Source: Eledone cirrhosa (Eukaryota). From it: a stretch of DNA of 64,000 nt. A program made the position numbers and the translations under genes. The first letter of the stretch is position 1, and each line of letters opens with the position of its first letter. The stretch spans positions 61,442,001 to 61,506,000 of the forward strand of contig OZ024747.1 of assembly GCA_964016885.1 (NCBI GenBank), read 5' to 3'. The notes under the pieces were generated by a model. The model was not told the origin of the DNA and made no database searches. It saw only the letters and a list, made by a program, of their open reading frames with translations. This document shows, piece by piece, positions 56,711 through 64,000 of this stretch.

Positions 56711-57321
56711 ATGTCTTCATATTTAATGACTAAAAACTTGCTATATTGAACTCTACACTACAAATCCCAGTTTGTAATGGCTGCTATTAAGTTCTATTAA
56801 TGTTTGGGAATAATTTCTAACAGCTCTCACTATCTCTATCTCTCCCTCCCCCTCTATCTCCCTCTCCCTCCCCCTCTATCTCCCTCTCCCTCCCCCTCTC
56901 CCTCTCTCTCGCCATCTCTCTCTCTATATATTCCTCTATTTCCTTCCCTCTCATTCTGTCCCTCAATTCTCTTCCTTCTCATTCTCCCACTCTACACCCG
57001 CAAATAAATTAATCTAAAAACAAAATGCTTGGCAGGATATAGTACAAGATTTTCTAGCTTAAAGGATTTTAATTCAATCCATTGGAAGTGATTCAATTAA
57101 TTTTATGAACCTCAATTCCCTTAACAGCCAGGAAGAGGTACCAGAACTTGAGTAGAAGTTAAATGGAATAAATATGTATACTATCCAGGGGGACATTTAA
57201 CTCTCATCTGATTCCCACAATACAAGGTTGAACACATACAAAATAATTATATCTGAAACACACACACACATACATATGCATGCACACACATGCGGATACA
57301 CACATACATATATATATGCTT

Positions 57322-57352
<31 letters not shown>

Positions 57353-57544
57353 AAGACACACACTCCAAATCACACACAAGCAATAATAAAATATATTGTT
57401 TAACCCTTTTGAGATCATATTTCTAAATTAAATACACAACCTGTGTATCTCCATTAATTTTGAAAGTAATAAGGAATTTGGTTTGATTTAGTGAAATAGC
57501 AATTTTTTTTCATTATTAAATTTTGGAACATAACATGCTTCAGT

Positions 57545-59127
57545 CTCTGAGAGTGAGACACAATCAAACCTAAGTAATTCTTACTACTAGAGATAAACTT
57601 AAGTCTGAGTAAGACCTAATAAAACCTAAGCTTGGCTCATTGCTTGTAGCCTACTTAAGTCTAAGACACAATCAAACCTGAGTAACTCGTATTACTAGAG
57701 ATAAACCTAAGTCTGAGCAAGACATAATAAAACCTGAGTTTGGCTCATTGCTTAAGTCTGAAACACAATCAAACCTGGGTAACTCTTACTACTAGAGATA
57801 TACTTAAGTCTGAGTGAGACATAAAAAAAACCTGTGTTTGGCTCATTGCTTGTGGCTTGCTTAGGCCTGAGTAAGGCCCACTACCAGAGTTATACTTGAT
57901 TCTGTGAGAATGCGACACAACTAAGTCTGAGTAAGGCTCACTGCTAGAGGTATACTTGATTCTGTGGGAATGAGACACAACTAAGTCTGAGTGAGACATA
58001 AACAAAAGTATGGCTCACTGCTAGAGGTGTATTTAAATCTGAATGAGTAACACTCACTGCTAGAAACATAGTAAAGAAATCTGAGTGAGGCATAAACCTG
58101 AGTAAAGTCCATTGCTAAAGGCATACTTAAGCCTGAGTGTGACATAAACACAAGGCTCACTGCTGGAGTCATACTTGATTCTGTGAGAATGAAACAACTT
58201 AATCTAAGGCTCACTGCTATAGGCATACTTAAGGCTAAGTGAGAGATAAACACAAGTAAGACTCACTGCTAGAGGTGTACTTAAGGCTGAGTGAGAGATA
58301 AACACAAGTAAGGCTCACTTACTAGAGGTGTACTTAAGGCTAAGTGAGAGATAAACACAAGTAAGACTCACTGCTAGAGGTGTACTTAAGGCTGAGTGAG
58401 AGATAAACACAAGTAAGGCTCACTTGCTAGAGGTGTACTTAAGGCTGAGTGAGAGATAAACACAAGTAAGGCTCACTTGCTAGAGGTGTACTTAAGGCTG
58501 AGTTAGAGATAAACACAAGTAAGGCTCACTTACTAGAGGTGTACTTAAGGCTGAGTGAGAGATAAACACAAGTAAGGCTCACTTGTTAGAGGTGTACTTA
58601 AGGCTGCGTTAGAGATAAACACAAGTAAAGCTCACTTGCTAGAGGTGTACTTAAAGCTGAGTGAGAGATAAACACAAGTAAGGCTCACTTGCTAGAGGTG
58701 TACTTAAAGCTGAGTGAGAGATAAACACAAGTAAGGCTCACTTGCTAGAGGTGTACTTAAGGCTGAGTTAGAGATAAACACAAGTAAGGCTCACTTACTA
58801 GAGGTGTACTTAAGGCTGAGTGAGAGATAAACACAAGTAAGGCTCACTTGTTAGAGGTGTACTTAAGGCTGCGTTAGAGATAAACACAAGTAAAGCTCAC
58901 TTGCTAGAGGTGTACTTAAGGCTGAGTGAGAGATAAACACAAGTAAGGCTCACTTGCTAGAGGTGTACTTAAAGCTGAGTGAGAGATAAACACAAGTAAG
59001 GCTCACTTGCTAGAGGTGTACTTAAGGCTGGGTTAGAGATAAACACAAGTAAGGCTCACTTGCTAGAGGTGTACTTAAAGCTGAGTGAGAGATAAACAGA
59101 AGTAAGGCTCACTTGCTAGAGGTGTAC
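57545..59127. repeat. 53-bp minisatellite with a diverged 5' portion
   Basis: gctagaggtgtacttaaggctgagtgagagataaacacaagtaaggctcactt; homogeneous from about 58230. Confidence 0.92.
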
Positions 59128-59453
59128 GTTGAACTCTAATTTAAAAGTACCCTAGAATCTAGTTGATGAAAAGTAATTGTAAACCTAGTAAATGCTGGCA
59201 TTGTGAAGAGATGGTGCCAGTTGAAAAACAAATATTAATGGAGTTTTCCAATAAACTTACAAATGAATATTATTGATTAGAGAGAAATAGTTTTAAAAGA
59301 ATTTGTTTAGATATTTCTAGAAAGATATTTTATAATTTCCTTAATAATACAATCTATGACAATGTTTGTGTGTGATTGGTATATATACAAATATGAAATT
59401 GTATTTCATGTATATATATATATGTGTGTGTGTTTTATGTATCTATCTATCTA

Positions 59454-59490
<37 letters not shown>

Positions 59491-59633
59491 ATATATATAT
59501 ATATGTGTGTATATATATATATATGTATGTATAATATATATATACATATATATGTATCATCATCATCATCATCATTTTACGTCCGCTTTTCCCTGCTTGC
59601 AAGGGTATGTATATATATATATGTATATATATG

Positions 59634-59666
<33 letters not shown>

Positions 59667-59802
59667 ATATATATATGTATGTATATATATATATGTATGT
59701 ATATATATATATATGTATGTATATATATATATGTATGTATATATATATATGTATGTATATATATATATGTATGTATATATATATATGTATATATATATAT
59801 GA

Positions 59803-59848
<46 letters not shown>

Positions 59849-59885
59849 GTATGTATATGCATATATATATGTATGTATGTATATG

Positions 59886-59920
<35 letters not shown>

Positions 59921-59947
59921 ATGTATATATATATATATATGTATGTA

Positions 59948-60008
<61 letters not shown>

Positions 60009-60127
60009 ATGTATATATATATGTATGTATGTATATGTATATATATATATGTATGTATATGTATATATATATATGTATGTATATGTATATATATATATGT
60101 ATGTATATGTATATATATATATATATG

Positions 60128-60166
<39 letters not shown>

Positions 60167-60211
60167 ATATATATGTATGTATATATATATGTATGTATAT
60201 ATATATGTATG

Positions 60212-60276
<65 letters not shown>

Positions 60277-60321
60277 ATATATATGAAATATAAGAATCAA
60301 AGAACTGTTCAAAACATTTTT

Positions 60322-60370
60322 ATGCTTACAACTGTTTCCTCCAAACCGAGGTTTGGATTCTTCGGAACAA
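60322..60370 (-). ncRNA. Near-intact hammerhead motif (U4C)
   Basis: Minus strand tgtt-CCGAAGA-[atccaaacc tc ggtttggag]-GAAA-C-agtt-GTA-agca. Confidence 0.6.
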
Positions 60371-60745
60371 TTTATTATTGAATGAACACTTATATGACCT
60401 CCTTTTCACCCAAGAGACATACAGATACATATGCAAATATTGTGGGTCAACATTCATTACAGCATTTAGAGTGGCAGTACACACTTAGAGATTACATTCA
60501 TATTAAAAGATACAATCAAAAATACAGGTAAAAATACAACATGAAAATAAGCGGTTATATAGTGCAAGTGTTATATGTGTGGCAAGCACGTGCGTCTTGT
60601 TTATATAGTGTGGCAGAGAGTTACGTGTAGTAGAAGCACTTAAGTAGGTAAACAAGAGTGTTAGGTTGGTTGATCTGGTGGCAAATTCTTTATATGATTG
60701 TTATAGTCTGTGTATGGAGAAATAATATAAGCATTAAAAATAGTG

Positions 60746-60835
<90 letters not shown>

Positions 60836-61025
60836 AGAAAACGAAAAATCAGTGATGCATCTGGACTTAATTTATTGCGTGTTACAATTGTTTCTCCGGC
60901 AGGTAGCTCGAGACGTGCTCCTTGTAGGGATCCGGCTGATTCTACTTCTGCAGGTTCATTCAGACACGAGTATTTCATTAGGAGCAAATTTTATCATATA
61001 TCATATATCATTTATCATATATCAT

Positions 61026-61117
<92 letters not shown>

Positions 61118-62117
61118 GGAAAGAGAAATGGCTTCTACAGGACTAGAACTGTTTCATTCGAAAGAAATCATCAAGAAAGCTTCCCTGATGATTTTCTTCG
61201 AAGGAAACAGTTCTAGTCTTGTAGAAGCCATTTCTATATTAATAATTTATACTCTGCTATGTATTGAGTACCTTATTTACTGTGGTTACCCCCGATTGAA
61301 CCCAGGATAAACATATATATATTTATATATATATACACACACATATATATACATATATATGTCTATAATAATATTGAAATGAAATATATATATGTATATC
61401 TATCTATATATATCTATATTATATATCTCTCTCTCTATATATATATATATAATGTATCTATCTGTTTATAAATATAGAGATATAATATAGATATATATAT
61501 ATAGATAGATAGATATACATATATGTTGGTACCACAACATCCAGTCCGAAATAAATGAGGTCGTGTAGGTGTCATGACAAAAAACACACACAGTCCACGC
61601 TGTAATGTGGCCGTGTAGGTAACACGGTAAAAACCTCCCAGTCCATACTGTAAACATGGTTGCTGTTTTGCTGTTAGGAAGGGCATCCAGCCGTAGAAAA
61701 CCCGCCAGACAGTCCTATTCGAGCAAGACAACAAATCTGGCTTCAAGTGGAAAAATTCCCGTCCAAACCCATGCTAGCGTGGAAGATGGACGTTAAATGA
61801 TGATGATGATGATGATGATATCTGTCTATCTATCTATCTATACTGTATATAAAACTGTGCTATATACAAGTCATGTCCCCATTGACATAAGCAGTTGTTT
61901 GCTGAACAATCATGCATCACTTTAACAATGTGGTATTAGGTCATGTGGATAGTTATTTGAAATATTTCCTGGTTTTCTTCAGATCTGAAGTTCTACAATG
62001 AAATCAAAGTAGAACAATGTAGTCATTGTTCACAGCAGTCTTGGCAAAAAGTCTTTCTTTCTTTCCCAATATAGTACCATTAATTGTGTTCCACAAGTAA
62101 ACAGCAAAACCACATAA

Positions 62118-62758
62118 TGTAACAACAGCTACAACAGTGATGGCAGCAACTATAACAACAACAACACCAGCTATGACAACAACAACAACTATAGCATCAA
62201 CAACAACACCAGCTATGACAACAGCTACAATAACAACAACAACAGCTGTGACAACAACATCAACTGTAGCCTCAACAACAACACCAGCTATGACAACACC
62301 TACAGCAACAACAACAACAACAACAACAGCTGTGACAACAACATCAACTGTAGCCTCAATAACAACACCAGCTATGACAACACCTACAGCAGCAACAACA
62401 ACAACAACAACAACAACAGCTGTGACAACAACATCAACTGTAGCATCAATAACAACACCAGCTATGACAACACCTACAGCAGCAACAACAACAACAGCTG
62501 TGACAACACCTACAGCAACAACAACAACAACAACAGCTGTGACAACAACATCAACTGTAGCATCAACAACAACACCAGCTATGACAACAACATCTACAGC
62601 AACAACAACATCAACTATGGCTACAACTACAGCTACAGCAGCAACAACATCTACAGCAACAACAACACCAGCTACTACAACATCTACAGCAACAATAACA
62701 ACTAAAACAACAGCATCAACAACAACAACACCAGCTACAACAAACATGACAACAACAT
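62118..62758. repeat. ACA-rich compound repeat
   Basis: Direct inspection. Confidence 0.85.
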
Positions 62759-62861
62759 GTCACAGTATGCTTCCACAATTAAGCAGCAAAAGATTCTACC
62801 AGAAATCTGCCATTAACAAGTCAAAGACAGAAGAACATCAAGACTGAAGAAACAATATTAT

Positions 62862-63048
62862 GGCGGTGGATTGGCAGTATCGGTAGAGGGTCTGACGCCA
62901 TGCTTTGCAGCAAAGAGTTACGGCCCTTTATGGTCTGAGTTCAAATCCCGCCTGGGTTAACTTTGCCTTTCATCCTTACGGGATCGATAAAATAAAGTAC
63001 CAGTAATACACTGGGATAAATGCTGACCTTGTGCCAAAAGTAGAAACA
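62862..63048 (+). mobile_element. SINE family B
   Basis: Full match to family B. Confidence 0.8.
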
Positions 63049-63057
63049 ATTATGGAA

Positions 63058-63780
63058 TACAACAACAAGAAACAGAGAGACAGGTGTAAAAGACAAACTA
63101 CAACAAGAAATAGAGACAGGTGTAAAAGACAAACTACAACAAGAAATAGAGACAGGTGTAAAAGACAAACTACAACAAGAAACAGAGAGACAGGTGTAAA
63201 AGACAAACTACAACAACAAACAGAGAGACAGGTGTAAAAGACAAACTACAACAAGAAATAGAGACAGGTGTAAAAGACAAACTACAACAAGAAACAGAGA
63301 GACAGGTGTAAAAGACAAACTACAACAAGAAACAGAGAGACAGGTGTAAAAGACAAACTACAACAAGAAATTGAGACAGGTGTAAAAGACAAACTACAAC
63401 AAGAAACAGAGAGACAGGTGTAAAAGACAAACTACAACAAGAAACAGAGAGACAGGTGTAAAAGACAAACTACAACAAGAAATAGAGAGACAGGTGTAAA
63501 AGACAAACTACAACAAGAAACAGAGAGACAGGTGTAAAAGACAAACTACAACAACAAACAGAGAGACAGGTGTAAAAGACAAACTACAACAACAAACAGA
63601 GAGACAGGTGTAAAAGACAAACTACAACAACAAACAGAGAGACAGGTGTAAAAGACAAACTACAACAAGAAATAGAGAGACAGGTGTAAAAGACAAACTA
63701 CAACAAACAGAGAGACAGGTGTAAAAGACAAACTACAACAAGAAATAGAGAGACAGGTGTAAAAGACAAACTACAACAAC
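63058..63780. repeat. 36-38-bp minisatellite, about 19 copies
   Basis: acaacaagaaacagagagacaggtgtaaaagacaaact. Confidence 0.93.
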
Positions 63781-64000
63781 TTCTATTCTTCCTGCTCAAC
63801 AAGGCCGATGGTCACCCTAAGACAGTGACCCCAAAGCATCATTGTACATAGAGTTGACCAGGTCCAACAACAACAAACAGAGGTGTAAAAACTAAACTCA
63901 CTGTCTTCAATTCGATGTTTATGTATGCCCTTACTATACTATATACTCTACTATACTATAATATATATACTATACACTATACTAAATATTATACTATCAT

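Noticed and set aside
59356-60381. YI/MY-rich ORFs, and similar ones throughout the window
   Set aside because: Translations of (TA)n and (TATG)n repeats.
62137-62847. Mucin-like Thr-rich ORF (236 aa)
   Set aside because: An ACA-repeat expansion that is also open on the opposite strand, with no signal peptide or supported splice structure. It cannot be fully excluded without RNA data.

Overview
AT-rich, (TA)n-dense animal genomic DNA with no intact host protein-coding gene that I can support. The SINE families and microsatellite load suggest a cephalopod such as octopus; this is inference. Almost all long ORFs in the track are artefacts of simple or tandem repeats. The recognisable content is two tRNA-derived SINE families, decayed LINE fragments (CR1-type, RTE-type, and a young Tx1/L1-type RT piece), several MITEs and many minisatellites. 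The largest minisatellite is about 100 x 48 bp and lies inside an RTE 3' UTR. The most notable signal is a set of short non-coding elements lodged in (TA)n tracts that carry minimal type I hammerhead ribozymes: at least 9 complete cores and about 8 degenerate ones, from several unrelated sequence families. They show palindromic stem III loops, compensatory stem I changes and one U3-A8 core variant. Many are arranged as fold-back inversions, one forms a 467-nt partial tandem unit, and many share a TGAGTRC motif near the 3' end. This fits non-autonomous Penelope-like or retrozyme-type elements that target (TA)n.
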